A DNA stretch of 64,000 bases from the NCBI GenBank assembly GCA_034678805.1, contig JAXDBN010000244.1, positions 1,974 through 65,973 of the forward strand, in the 5' to 3' direction. This document shows, piece after piece, positions 30,475-40,011 of this stretch (positions within the stretch are counted from its first letter, which is position 1; the number at the start of each line of letters is the position of its first letter). The DNA comes from Syntrophomonadaceae bacterium (GTDB taxonomy: Bacteria; Bacillota; Syntrophomonadia; Syntrophomonadales; Syntrophomonadaceae). A program made the translations under genes and the position numbers. The notes below the pieces were generated by a model. The model was given only the letters and a program-made list of their open reading frames with translations, did no database searches and was not told where the DNA came from.

Positions 30475-30606
30475 CAAGTGGACAAACCAGGAGCTATCTA
30501 AACTAATTGTGTTTATTGCTGGCCATTAAAATGACAAGTTGGTTATGGTTGATTAATTCTCTCCATACATGTTTGTAAATATAAAAGTTGATAAGGAGTG
30601 TATAAT

Positions 30607-31584
30607 ATGAGTTTTCCTGTCAACCGGATGAGGAGACTGCGAGCTAGCGACACCATACGCAGTATGGTGCGGGAAACCCATCTGCATGTCACTGATCTTA
30701 TTTATCCTCTGTTTGTGACATTTGGTAAAGAGAAAAAAAATCCTATCCAATCAATGCCCGGGGTCTTTCAATTATCTGTTGATAACCTGGCTGGAGAAGT
30801 TGAACAGATATACTCTCTGGGTATACCGGCTGTTTTACTATTTGGCATTCCGGAATATAAAGACAGCCAAGCTAGTTCAGCATACGATGAAAATGGGGTA
30901 ATACAGGAGGCAATCCGTTCCATAAAGAGTACCTGTCCTGATTTACTGGTAATAACTGACGTCTGCTTGTGCGAATATATGGATCATGGGCATTGCGGCA
31001 TTGTAGAGAAAAACGGGTCAGTGAATAATGATGCCAGCCTCGAATTATTAGCCCGTGAGGCGCTGTCACATGTACAGGCAGGTGCTGATATTGTAGCACC
31101 TTCAGATATGATGGATGGTCGGATTGGTTTTATCAGAAACGTACTTGATTCGAGTGGCTTTGAGAGTATTCCGATTATGTCCTATGCCGCTAAATATGCT
31201 TCCGCTTTTTACGGACCGTTCAGGGAGGCGGCTGAATCGGCTCCTAAGTTTGGTAACCGTAAGACGTACCAGATGGATCCAGCTAATGTTCTGGAGGCTT
31301 TACGGGAAGTAGAGCTGGATATAAATGAGGGCGCAGACATTGTAATGGTTAAACCGGCTCTAGCCTATCTGGATGTTCTGAAAGCAGTTAAGGATAAGTT
31401 TGCTTATCCCACTGCCGCCTATAATGTCAGCGGTGAATATGCGATGGTAAAAGCAGCTGCTTCCCAAGGCTGGATTGACGAGCAAGCGGTAACATTAGAA
31501 ATTCTAACGGCTATTAAAAGAGCAGGTGCGGATATGATTATCACCTATGCGGCAAAAGACGTTGCTGGAATAATCTTACGCTGA
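30607..31584 (+). CDS. hemB: porphobilinogen synthase (ALA dehydratase)
   Basis: RMRRLR N-terminus, a Cys-rich metal site [14 protein letters not shown], and [15 protein letters not shown] lies 8 nt before ATG 30607. Confidence 0.95.
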   Translation: MSFPVNRMRRLRASDTIRSMVRETHLHVTDLIYPLFVTFGKEKKNPIQSMPGVFQLSVDNLAGEVEQIYSLGIPAVLLFGIPEYKDSQASSAYDENGVIQEAIRSIKSTCPDLLVITDVCLCEYMDHGHCGIVEKNGSVNNDASLELLAREALSHVQAGADIVAPSDMMDGRIGFIRNVLDSSGFESIPIMSYAAKYASAFYGPFREAAESAPKFGNRKTYQMDPANVLEALREVELDINEGADIVMVKPALAYLDVLKAVKDKFAYPTAAYNVSGEYAMVKAAASQGWIDEQAVTLEILTAIKRAGADMIITYAAKDVAGIILR

Positions 31585-31676
31585 CAATAGTTACACGATA
31601 TTTGAGAGATTTCAGTTATCAGTGCTAAGTACCAACAAGAAATGGCACTGGATAGTTTTGGGGTAGGGGGATAAAA

Positions 31677-32669
31677 ATGCTGGTATCTTGGAATACGACT
31701 AACCAATGCAATATGTTTTGTGATCATTGCTACAGAGATGCGGGGATCAGGAACGAGGACGAGCTATCCACCGTACAGGCAAAGAAACTAATTAACGAAA
31801 TTAAAAATGCCGGATTTAAGATTATGATCTTTAGTGGCGGAGAGCCGCTCATGCGCTCTGACATATACGAGTTGGCTTCTTTTGCAACTGGATTGGGGCT
31901 GCGAGCGGTTATGGGTACCAATGGCAGTCTTATTACTGCCGAAGTAGCAAGCAAGATGAAAGATGCTGGTTTTATGGCAGCAGGGGTAAGTCTGGATAGC
32001 TTGGATCCCGCCAAGAATAACAATTTCCGTAAATTGGATAATGCCTATCAGCTTACTGTTAAAGGTATGAAGAACCTGAAGGAAGCGGGACTGCCTTTTC
32101 AAATTCATACTACGGTTATGGATTGGAATGTAGGGGAGTTGGAGAACCTAACCGACTTTGCTGTTGAGATTGGGGCTATGGCCCACCATATATTCTTCCT
32201 GGTGCCAACCGGGCGCGCGGTCAATATTGAAGATGAGGCCTTGAAAGTAGCAGAGTATGAAAAAACCTTGGCTCGGATAATGGAAAAACAGAGGTCCGTT
32301 TCGATAGAGATAAAACCAACTTGTGCACCTCAGTTCATTAGAGTAGCTGACAAAAAAGGCATACCCCTCCGGTTTTCAAAAGGATGCCTGGCGGGCATAA
32401 GCTACTGTATTATAAGTCCCACCGGTAATGTACAGCCATGCGCGTATTTAGATATGCCGCTGGGAAATGTTAAAGACCAACCGTTTGATAAAATCTGGAG
32501 AGAAAACGAAGTATTACAGAGATTGCGCACTATGGAGTATGAGGGTAAATGTGGGATCTGCGATTACAAAAGCCGTTGCGGGGGTTGTCGCGCCAGGGCA
32601 AATTATTACAATGGTGATTACATGGCAGAAGACTCTTGGTGTCTGTACCATCCTAAGGGGGCTATATAA
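31677..32669 (+). CDS. radical SAM/SPASM enzyme of the AhbC/AhbD (NirJ-like) type
   Basis: CNMFCDHC radical SAM triad and a C-terminal Cys cluster, CGICDYKSRCGGCRARA. Embedded between hemB and the ahbA/B-like genes. Confidence 0.8.
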   Translation: MLVSWNTTNQCNMFCDHCYRDAGIRNEDELSTVQAKKLINEIKNAGFKIMIFSGGEPLMRSDIYELASFATGLGLRAVMGTNGSLITAEVASKMKDAGFMAAGVSLDSLDPAKNNNFRKLDNAYQLTVKGMKNLKEAGLPFQIHTTVMDWNVGELENLTDFAVEIGAMAHHIFFLVPTGRAVNIEDEALKVAEYEKTLARIMEKQRSVSIEIKPTCAPQFIRVADKKGIPLRFSKGCLAGISYCIISPTGNVQPCAYLDMPLGNVKDQPFDKIWRENEVLQRLRTMEYEGKCGICDYKSRCGGCRARANYYNGDYMAEDSWCLYHPKGAI

Positions 32670-33140
32670 GTGCCCGATATAGATACTCTAGATCGTAAAA
32701 TATTAAATCAGTTACAGAACGATTTCCCGCTTTCTATTCAGCCCTATAAGGTAATGGCCGATCGCTTACAAATCGGCGAGGAGGAACTGCTAAACCGGAT
32801 AACTGCTATGAAGACCTCAGGTCTAATCAGAAGAATCGGTGGAGTTATGGATACTCGCGGACTAGGGTTTTACTCCACTTTGTGCGCAGTATCGGTTCCG
32901 ATAGACCGTGTAGATGAGGTTGCCGAGTTCATTAATAATATACCAGGGGTGACCCACAACTATCTTCGCGATCATAAATATAATTTATGGTTTACCCTGA
33001 CTGTACCATCCCAGGAGGATGCCGAAAGGCAACTAAGTGATTTGGAAGCCGGATTGAATATAGCGATCCTTAATATGCCCGCTGAGAGGATATTCAAGAT
33101 TCGGGTATCGTTTGATATGGAGAGTCATGATGACATATGA
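32670..33140 (+). CDS. ahbA: siroheme decarboxylase subunit (AsnC/Lrp-like, AhbA/AhbB family)
   Basis: LDRKILNQLQNDFPL HTH-like N-terminus. About 155 aa. Paired with a paralogue downstream. The A versus B assignment is arbitrary. Confidence 0.7.
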   Translation: MPDIDTLDRKILNQLQNDFPLSIQPYKVMADRLQIGEEELLNRITAMKTSGLIRRIGGVMDTRGLGFYSTLCAVSVPIDRVDEVAEFINNIPGVTHNYLRDHKYNLWFTLTVPSQEDAERQLSDLEAGLNIAILNMPAERIFKIRVSFDMESHDDI

Positions 33141-33597
33141 TTTGATCGATAAGGGCATCATAGCCTTATTGCAAGGCGATTTACCTTTAGAATCGCACCC
33201 TTTTAAAAGTCTTGCCGAGCAGATGGGAATTAGGGAAGCGGATATTATTGAACGAATAGAGGAACTGCAAATAAAAGGTGCAATCCGAAGATGGGGTGCG
33301 GTGTTAAGACATCATCAAGCGGGATATCGATTCAATGCCATGGTAGCCTGGAAAGTGGAAAAGGCAAATATTGATGAGACGGGCAGAAATGTATCTGAAT
33401 GCCCACAAATCAGCCATTGCTATCTGCGCCAGGTTCCCAATGAGTTTCCTTATGAATTATTTACTATGATCCATGCCCGAAGTGAAGCAGAGCTTTTATC
33501 GATAATCGAGAAAACTGCTAGGGATAACAGCTTGAGAGATTATATAATCATAAAGAGTCTAAGGGAATTCAAAAAGGCAAGTATGAAGTATGTCTAA
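33127..33597 (+). CDS. ahbB: siroheme decarboxylase subunit (AhbA/AhbB family)
   Basis: Paralogue of the preceding gene (IDKGIIALLQGDLPL). ATG 33127 has a GGAGAG RBS; the ORF-track start is TTG 33112. Confidence 0.7.
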   Translation: MMTYDLIDKGIIALLQGDLPLESHPFKSLAEQMGIREADIIERIEELQIKGAIRRWGAVLRHHQAGYRFNAMVAWKVEKANIDETGRNVSECPQISHCYLRQVPNEFPYELFTMIHARSEAELLSIIEKTARDNSLRDYIIIKSLREFKKASMKYV

Positions 33598-33641
33598 TTT
33601 GGGATAAGGCAGAGCGGGATTAAGATGGGGGAGGTCTCGGC

Positions 33642-34925
33642 TTGGATACAAAAAAATCAGCAAGATTGTTTAAAGAGGCCCAAAAGTATATGCCCGGTGG
33701 TGTTAATAGTCCCGTCCGTGCTTTTAAGTCGGTAGGATTACAACCTTTACTCATCAATAGGGGCTATGGTTCCAAAATATATGATGAAGATGACAACCAA
33801 TTTATTGACTACGTGTGTTCCTGGGGTCCGCTTATCTTAGGGCATAGCCGGCCGGAAATTGTACAGGCTATCAGTTCGGCCGCAGAAAAGGGAACCAGTT
33901 TTGGGGCCAGTTGCGCTGGTGAAATTGAATTAGCTAAACAAATTTGCGAAGCGTTTCCGTCTATGGATAGAGTTAGGTTGGTTAACTCGGGCACTGAAGC
34001 GACAATGAGTGCGGTCCGCCTGGCTAGAGCCTTCACCGGTCGTGATAAAATTATTAAATTTGAGGGCTGTTATCATGGGCATGCTGATTCTTTCTTAATA
34101 AAAGCCGGTTCGGGCCTGCTTACAACCGGCATACCTACTAGTCCGGGTGTACCAAAATCATTTATCGATCAAACCATAGTATGCAAATATAATGACCTTG
34201 AATCGGTCAAGAAAGCATTTATGGTATCAGGACCCGATATTGCCGCAGTTATTGTGGAACCGATTGCTGCCAATATGGGTTTAATAAATCCGCGGCCTGG
34301 TTTTCTCCAGGGCTTGCGAGACATAAGCAGTCTTTACGGCAGCCTCTTAATTTTTGACGAAGTAATTACCGGTTTCAGGGTTTGTTATGGAGGAATGCAA
34401 ACCGAGCTGGAGATTAAACCTGATCTGACTACTTTGGGTAAAATCATCGGAGGAGGATTGCCGGTAGGTGCTTATGGGGGGAGAAGGGAACTGATGGACC
34501 TGGTTGCGCCACAGGGGGACGTCTACCAGGCGGGAACCTTATCTGGCAATCCTATTGCCATGGCGGCTGGAATGACGGCCTTAAGACTTTTGAAGGAGAA
34601 TAATCCTTACGAGAAGATAGGTAAACTCGCTACAAGGTTAACTGACGGCATTCAATCTTTAATTAAGTCTTATGATTTGGATTGTACTATCAATCAGTAC
34701 GGTTCAATGTTTTCATTATTCTTTACGGAAGGGCCCGTATACGATTATGAATCCGTTCTGCGTTGTGATACCCGAAAATATGCGCAGTATTTTAAACAGA
34801 TGTTATATTCGGGGGTTTACTTGCCCCCATCCCAATTCGAAGTTTGTTTTGTTTCTGATGCTCATACGCAAGAAGACATCGACAAAACTCTACAGGCGAT
34901 TGAAGTCAGTCTTGATACACTATAA
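33642..34925 (+). CDS. hemL: glutamate-1-semialdehyde 2,1-aminomutase
   Basis: PGGVNSPVRAF and the PLP-lysine region TTLGKIIGGGLP. 427 aa. Confidence 0.95.
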   Translation: MDTKKSARLFKEAQKYMPGGVNSPVRAFKSVGLQPLLINRGYGSKIYDEDDNQFIDYVCSWGPLILGHSRPEIVQAISSAAEKGTSFGASCAGEIELAKQICEAFPSMDRVRLVNSGTEATMSAVRLARAFTGRDKIIKFEGCYHGHADSFLIKAGSGLLTTGIPTSPGVPKSFIDQTIVCKYNDLESVKKAFMVSGPDIAAVIVEPIAANMGLINPRPGFLQGLRDISSLYGSLLIFDEVITGFRVCYGGMQTELEIKPDLTTLGKIIGGGLPVGAYGGRRELMDLVAPQGDVYQAGTLSGNPIAMAAGMTALRLLKENNPYEKIGKLATRLTDGIQSLIKSYDLDCTINQYGSMFSLFFTEGPVYDYESVLRCDTRKYAQYFKQMLYSGVYLPPSQFEVCFVSDAHTQEDIDKTLQAIEVSLDTL

Positions 34926-35167
34926 ATATCATCAATATTGACAAAAATTTTTCCTATTAAGCATTGCAAGCAGGAAATTTGACTTCAATATAGAAAGTAT
35001 ACAATTGGTTTTAAGTTTTTTTGCAGTGAGCTAATGTAAAGGCGGTAAATTTGCCGTAGGCAAAAAGCTCATACATATAACTATCATGGGGGTGATGGTA
35101 AACAGGTCTCAGTAATCTGGTATATCTTGCATGGTTTAGTTAAGAAAGCATTAGATGAAAAGGAGGA

Positions 35168-35926
35168 ATGAACTTGAAGGTTCTAGTGTGTGTTAAGCAA
35201 ACATTTGACACCGAAGCCAAAATTGAATTGAAGGACGGCAAAATTTCCGATGCTGGTATAAACCTTATCATCAATCCCTATGATGAGGTAGCAGTTGAGG
35301 GCGCTATTCAGTTAAAAGAAAAGGGTCTTGCTAAGGAAATAGTAGTGCTCAGCGCCGGTTCAGACAAGGCTATGGATGCTATCCGTACAGCTTTGGCGAT
35401 GGGAGCCGATAGGGGAATCTTAGTAAAACAGGATACTGCTGCGGATGAATATGCGCGTGCTACCGCTCTTGCTGCAGCTATCAAAGCGGAAAATCCGGAT
35501 TTAGTGCTGGCCGGCCATGTTGCAGCTGATGATGGTTCTTCCCAGGTTCCCACTCGTGTTGCTGAAATCTTGGGCTTGCCCCATGTTAATGTTATGACCG
35601 CTATTGAGATTGCTGGCGGAAAAGCAACCTGTACTTGTGAAGCTGATGGCGGAACTTCAGTAATTGAAGTAAGTATACCTGCTGTGATTTCCAGCCAAGT
35701 AAGCTGGAACGAACCCCGTTATCCTTCTATGAAGGGTATTATGGCTGCAAAGAAGAAACCGGTTGCAACCAGTGACGCTGGTGGTGCAGCCAACAAGGTT
35801 GCTATCGTTGAATTTGCTCTGCCTGCTGCCAAGACTGCAGGTATCAAAATCGAAGATGAAGCCGATGTGTGTGCAGCTAAAATGGCCGACTGGATGAAGA
35901 ATACCGTTAAGGTAGAAGTAAAATAA
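35168..35926 (+). CDS. etfB: electron transfer flavoprotein beta subunit
   Basis: KVLVCVKQ N-terminus. 252 aa. Followed by etfA. TTG 35174 is better spaced from the AGGAGG RBS than ATG 35168. Confidence 0.9.
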   Translation: MNLKVLVCVKQTFDTEAKIELKDGKISDAGINLIINPYDEVAVEGAIQLKEKGLAKEIVVLSAGSDKAMDAIRTALAMGADRGILVKQDTAADEYARATALAAAIKAENPDLVLAGHVAADDGSSQVPTRVAEILGLPHVNVMTAIEIAGGKATCTCEADGGTSVIEVSIPAVISSQVSWNEPRYPSMKGIMAAKKKPVATSDAGGAANKVAIVEFALPAAKTAGIKIEDEADVCAAKMADWMKNTVKVEVK

Positions 35927-35968
35927 TCACATAAATTTTGATTTATGTATAAAAAAGGAGGGTAATTC

Positions 35969-36922
35969 ATGGCAGGGACATGGGTTTTTGTTGAACAAAA
36001 AGATGGTAATATCCGTAAAGTTACGTTTGAAATGTTATCCGAATGCAAAAAAGGCAGCGACGAGGTTGCAGCAGTTGTATTTGGACAAGGAGTTGCAGGA
36101 CTGGCTGGAGAACTGGCTAAATACGGAGCAGATAAAGTGTATGTTGCCGACGATGCTATTTTTGCCAACTACAATACCGGGGCTTATGTAGCTCAGATGG
36201 TAGCTATGATTAAAGAATTCAGCCCCAACGCTGTTCTGTTTGCACATTCTTTCAATGGCCGTGATATGGCTTCCAGACTGGCTCAGAAACTGGACGCTGG
36301 TCTGGCTACCGACGCTGTTGCAGCTGACATTTCAGCTGGCAAGGGCATTTTCACCAGAGCTATCTATGCCGGTAAAGCTCTGGCCAAAGTGGAAGTAAGC
36401 GGAAGCCCGGTTATGGCAACCATCCGCCCGGGCGTATGGGAAGTTGGTTCTGCTGCTGGTGCTGGCGCAGTTGTGAGCGCAGCTATTGCAGCTACTGCTG
36501 GTGACGTATATCAAGTAATGAAAGAATTCAAACCTACTATTTCCGCACGTCCCGACCTGGCAGAAGCGGCTGTAGTCGTATCCGGCGGACGTGGATGTAA
36601 AGGGCCAGACGGGATTAAATTAGTTGAGCAGCTGGCTGATATGCTGGGAGCTGCTGTAGGCGGATCCAGAGCATCGATCGACTCCGGATGGCTGGGGCAT
36701 GAGCTCCAGGTAGGCCAGACCGGAAAGGTCGTTCTCCCCAATCTGTATATCGCTTGTGGTATTTCCGGAGCAATCCAGCATCTGGCTGGTATGTCATCTT
36801 CAAAATTTATTGCAGCTGTTAACACTGATACAGAAGCTCCTATTTTCGGAGTGTCCGACTTCGGCGTGGTTGCTGACCTGTTCAAAGTAATACCGATTTT
36901 GATGACCGAGCTCAAGAAGTAG
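35969..36922 (+). CDS. etfA: electron transfer flavoprotein alpha subunit
   Basis: C-terminal FAD-binding signature YIACGISGAIQHLAGM. 317 aa. Confidence 0.9.
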   Translation: MAGTWVFVEQKDGNIRKVTFEMLSECKKGSDEVAAVVFGQGVAGLAGELAKYGADKVYVADDAIFANYNTGAYVAQMVAMIKEFSPNAVLFAHSFNGRDMASRLAQKLDAGLATDAVAADISAGKGIFTRAIYAGKALAKVEVSGSPVMATIRPGVWEVGSAAGAGAVVSAAIAATAGDVYQVMKEFKPTISARPDLAEAAVVVSGGRGCKGPDGIKLVEQLADMLGAAVGGSRASIDSGWLGHELQVGQTGKVVLPNLYIACGISGAIQHLAGMSSSKFIAAVNTDTEAPIFGVSDFGVVADLFKVIPILMTELKK

Positions 36923-36947
36923 AATAACTCCTAGTTATTAATGATGT

Positions 36948-36979
36948 TACTGGATATGCACGAAAATGCATATCCAGTA
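36948..36979 (+). other. intercistronic perfect 13-bp hairpin (no U-tract)
   Basis: TACTGGATATGCA-cgaaaa-TGCATATCCAGTA lies between the etfA stop and the RBS of the next gene. Confidence 0.6.
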
Positions 36980-37014
36980 CATCCTTGCTCATCGTATTAA
37001 GGAGGAATTTGTAA

Positions 37015-39153
37015 ATGATATTCGCTTCTGAACCTATTCGGGGTTTTTACGACGTCCCAATGCGTATGGTTGGAGCAAATGTTCCCTACGAATGGCTTAT
37101 CTATCTGATCATGTGGATACCCATTGGCATACTTGTTTATGGCATGGGGAAAAGAATCCAGGTTTGGTCACTGGCTAAGGGGGATCAGCACAGAGACGAC
37201 CGTTTATGGGATCGTATTGTCTCCTTCGTGGTTAACACTTTCGCCCAGGCGAGGGTGATTAGAAAACCGCTGCCAGGTTGGATGCACTTCTTCCTATTCT
37301 GGGGCTTTGCGTTACTGGCTATGGCAGCCGGTCTTGATGCAGCCCACTTCTGGATTGGGTGGCCCCACCTGGAAGGCGGAATCTATATTGGCATGTCATG
37401 GATTGTTGACGTAACTGGTTTCCTAGCTTTGATTGGTATTATAGTTCTTGCTTACATCCGCTACGTTCAGAAACCGGATCGTCTAAATGACACTAAGTCT
37501 TCCGATGGATGGATTATCTTCCTGGTATTCGGAATTCTCTTCACCGGATTTGTTATTGAGGGTGCTAGAATCGCAGCCCAAATTAAACAAAGCCCCTTCC
37601 CGGTAACAGTCCCCTACGAACAGATCGCTTCCCCCTTCGGTTGGATGTTTGCTTCTATCATGAGTGGGATGTCAGTAGATGCCCTGCTGATGATGCATCG
37701 CTTACTGTGGTGGTTCCATATGGGTATCGCCTTCCTGTTCCTCGCTTTGATTCCGTATAGCAAGCTGTGGCATATAATTGCTGGTATGTTCAATTACTGG
37801 TTCCGTGATCTCGGACCTTCGGCCAATCGTATGGTATACAACATTGAGGAAGCCGAAACCTTTGGGGTTGAACAAATCGAAGACTTTGGCTGGAAGGACC
37901 TGCTCGACTTGGATGCCTGCATTCGTTGCGGACGCTGTCAGGAGAACTGCCCTGCTTTTAATACCGGTAAACACTTAAATCCCAAAATCACCCTAATTCA
38001 AAACATGAAGGCGCATTTGGATGCTAAGACTCCTTATCTAATTGCTAATCGCGGGGTTGGTGCCCAAAGCGAAGAAATGGCTATGACGGATGAAGCGGCT
38101 GCCGAAGCTGTAAACCCGATGGAACAAAGCCTGCTTTATGACGTTGTTACTAGTGAGGTTATATGGGATTGCACCAACTGCCGGGCTTGTATGGAACATT
38201 GCCCGATGTACATCGAGCATATTCCCAAGATCACTGAGATGCGCCGGAACCTGGTCATGTGGCAGGGTGATATGCCAGGTGAAGCCCAGGCTGCCTTTAC
38301 CAATATGGAACGTAACTACAATCCTTGGGGTGTAGGTTGGGCTGGCCGCGCTGGATGGCTGCAAGAAAGAGGCGTAAGAGACCTCGTTAACTTGTTGCCT
38401 GAAGACGGCGGAGAATTTGAGTACTTGCTTTATGCTGGATGTGCTGTGTCTTTTGACGATCGTTATAAGAGAGTCGGCGAAGCTCTGGTCAGACTGCTGG
38501 ATAAAGCTGGAGTCAAATTTGGATATCTGGGTACGGAAGAGTATTGCTGTGGTGATTCGGCTCGCAGACTGGGGAATGAGTATCTCTACCAGACTCTGGC
38601 CAATCAGAACCTGGAATCCTTCAACAATTACGGAGTCAAAAAGATAATCGTTGTTTGCCCGCATGGCTATAATACATTGAAGAATGAATACCCCCAGATG
38701 GGCGGCAACTTTGAAGTCTACCATTACACTGAGATACTGGCTAAACTGGTGGCTGAAGGTAAACTGAAACCTACCAAGTCTTTGGCAGCTAAGATGACTT
38801 ATCACGATTCTTGCTTCCTGGGCAGACACAACAATATTTATGAACAGCCCCGTTCAGTCTTGAAATCAGCCGGCGGCACCGTTATTGAGATTGAAAAAGG
38901 CCGCAACTTCGGATTCTGCTGCGGAGCTGGCGGTGGACGGATGTGGCTGGAAGAAGAAGCCTTTGAAGGTTTTAAACGTATTAATGATACCAGAACTGAT
39001 CAACTGTTAGAACCTGCGCCACAGATGATCGTAACCAACTGCCCCTTCTGCTTAACAATGATATCTGATGGTGTCAAAGGTGCAGAAGCAGATAAAGAAG
39101 AACCTACCAAGGTATTCGATGTGGCTGAGGTCCTGTGGCAGGCTATGAACTAA
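37015..39153 (+). CDS. membrane-anchored FeS/CCG-domain oxidoreductase (NarI/DsrM-like N-terminal domain fused to an HdrD/DsrK-like domain)
   Basis: The first ~270 aa are hydrophobic helices with conserved-looking His (WMHFFLFWGF, HRLLWWFHMG). Two ferredoxin motifs: CIRCGRCQENCP and CTNCRACMEHCP. Two CCG motifs: YCCGDS and FCCGAGGG. Confidence 0.85.
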   Translation: MIFASEPIRGFYDVPMRMVGANVPYEWLIYLIMWIPIGILVYGMGKRIQVWSLAKGDQHRDDRLWDRIVSFVVNTFAQARVIRKPLPGWMHFFLFWGFALLAMAAGLDAAHFWIGWPHLEGGIYIGMSWIVDVTGFLALIGIIVLAYIRYVQKPDRLNDTKSSDGWIIFLVFGILFTGFVIEGARIAAQIKQSPFPVTVPYEQIASPFGWMFASIMSGMSVDALLMMHRLLWWFHMGIAFLFLALIPYSKLWHIIAGMFNYWFRDLGPSANRMVYNIEEAETFGVEQIEDFGWKDLLDLDACIRCGRCQENCPAFNTGKHLNPKITLIQNMKAHLDAKTPYLIANRGVGAQSEEMAMTDEAAAEAVNPMEQSLLYDVVTSEVIWDCTNCRACMEHCPMYIEHIPKITEMRRNLVMWQGDMPGEAQAAFTNMERNYNPWGVGWAGRAGWLQERGVRDLVNLLPEDGGEFEYLLYAGCAVSFDDRYKRVGEALVRLLDKAGVKFGYLGTEEYCCGDSARRLGNEYLYQTLANQNLESFNNYGVKKIIVVCPHGYNTLKNEYPQMGGNFEVYHYTEILAKLVAEGKLKPTKSLAAKMTYHDSCFLGRHNNIYEQPRSVLKSAGGTVIEIEKGRNFGFCCGAGGGRMWLEEEAFEGFKRINDTRTDQLLEPAPQMIVTNCPFCLTMISDGVKGAEADKEEPTKVFDVAEVLWQAMN

Positions 39154-39172
39154 GTATAATCCTATCGGTTCC

Positions 39173-39210
39173 AAGAGGATTCCCTGAACCAGGGAATCCT
39201 CTTTCTTTAT
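39173..39210 (+). terminator. intrinsic terminator after the etf-FeS operon
   Basis: Perfect 14-bp inverted repeat AAGAGGATTCCCTG / CAGGGAATCCTCTT followed by TCTTTAT. Confidence 0.75.
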
Positions 39211-39237
39211 GATAATCCGATTAATATTTAGTAAGAT

Positions 39238-39265
39238 TTGCATAAATTGATTTCCATGCTAAAAT
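39238..39265 (+). promoter_or_regulatory. candidate sigma-A promoter (extended -10) for coaD
   Basis: TTGCAT (39238-39243), 16 nt spacer, TGcTAAAAT with the -10 hexamer at 39260-39265. Confidence 0.55.
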
Positions 39266-39355
39266 ACTAAGAAATATCTGGTCGGATAAGGCTTTGCCTG
39301 ATATTTTATGACTTGGTTGTGGATCAGGATCTGGCCGACAGAAAGGGGAACATAA

Positions 39356-39850
39356 GTGAATATTGCTGTTTATCCGGGTAGTTTTGATCCTATCACCTTT
39401 GGACATGTTGATATATTGGAAAGGTCCAGTAGGATATTCGATAAAATCATAGTGGCAGTAGTTCACAACATTGGAAAACAAGCATTGTTTACTCTGGAAG
39501 AGAGAGTCAATCTTATCAAGGAAACAACCCGGCATATTTCCAATATAGAAATTGAGTCATTTAAGGGACTAACTGTGGACTTTCTCCGCGAAAAGCAAGC
39601 ACAGGTAATAATCCGCGGTTTGAGATCGTGTACTGATTATGAGTATGAATCTCAAATAGCGTTATATAATAAACACCTGTATCCAGCCAGTGAGACAATT
39701 TTCATATTGGCGGATAGCAGTTTTATGTATTTAAGTTCAAGCGGCGTAAAGGAAGCAGCTCTATTAGGCGGAGATGTGAGCAGTATGGTACCAGCGGCAG
39801 TTAATAAATGTTTAGCCGTAAAACTTGAGCAGATCAGAGAGAATAAGTAG
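39356..39850 (+). CDS. coaD: pantetheine-phosphate adenylyltransferase
   Basis: IAVYPGSFDPITFGHVDI motif. 164 aa. GTG start with an AAAGGGGA RBS. Confidence 0.95.
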   Translation: MNIAVYPGSFDPITFGHVDILERSSRIFDKIIVAVVHNIGKQALFTLEERVNLIKETTRHISNIEIESFKGLTVDFLREKQAQVIIRGLRSCTDYEYESQIALYNKHLYPASETIFILADSSFMYLSSSGVKEAALLGGDVSSMVPAAVNKCLAVKLEQIRENK

Positions 39851-39863
39851 TCTGAAAACACGG

Positions 39864-39893
39864 ACTGTCCTCCGTGAAGAGGACAGTTTTTTC
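39864..39893 (+). terminator. intrinsic terminator after coaD
   Basis: 9-bp stem ACTGTCCTC / GAGGACAGT, loop CGTGAA, then a run of six T. Confidence 0.8.
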
Positions 39894-40011
39894 GTGTTTA
39901 GGACATAATAGCAGTAGATATGTAATAGCATTGGATGCCATATGCCTGCAATTCGTCACAGTAAACATTTTCGGTTATAATTACTGTAGTGTATAGGAAA
40001 GGAACCAAATT

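Noticed and set aside
39221-39535. 104-aa minus-strand ORF overlapping the coaD start and promoter.
   Set aside because: It is antisense to the conserved CoaD N-terminus and has no RBS.
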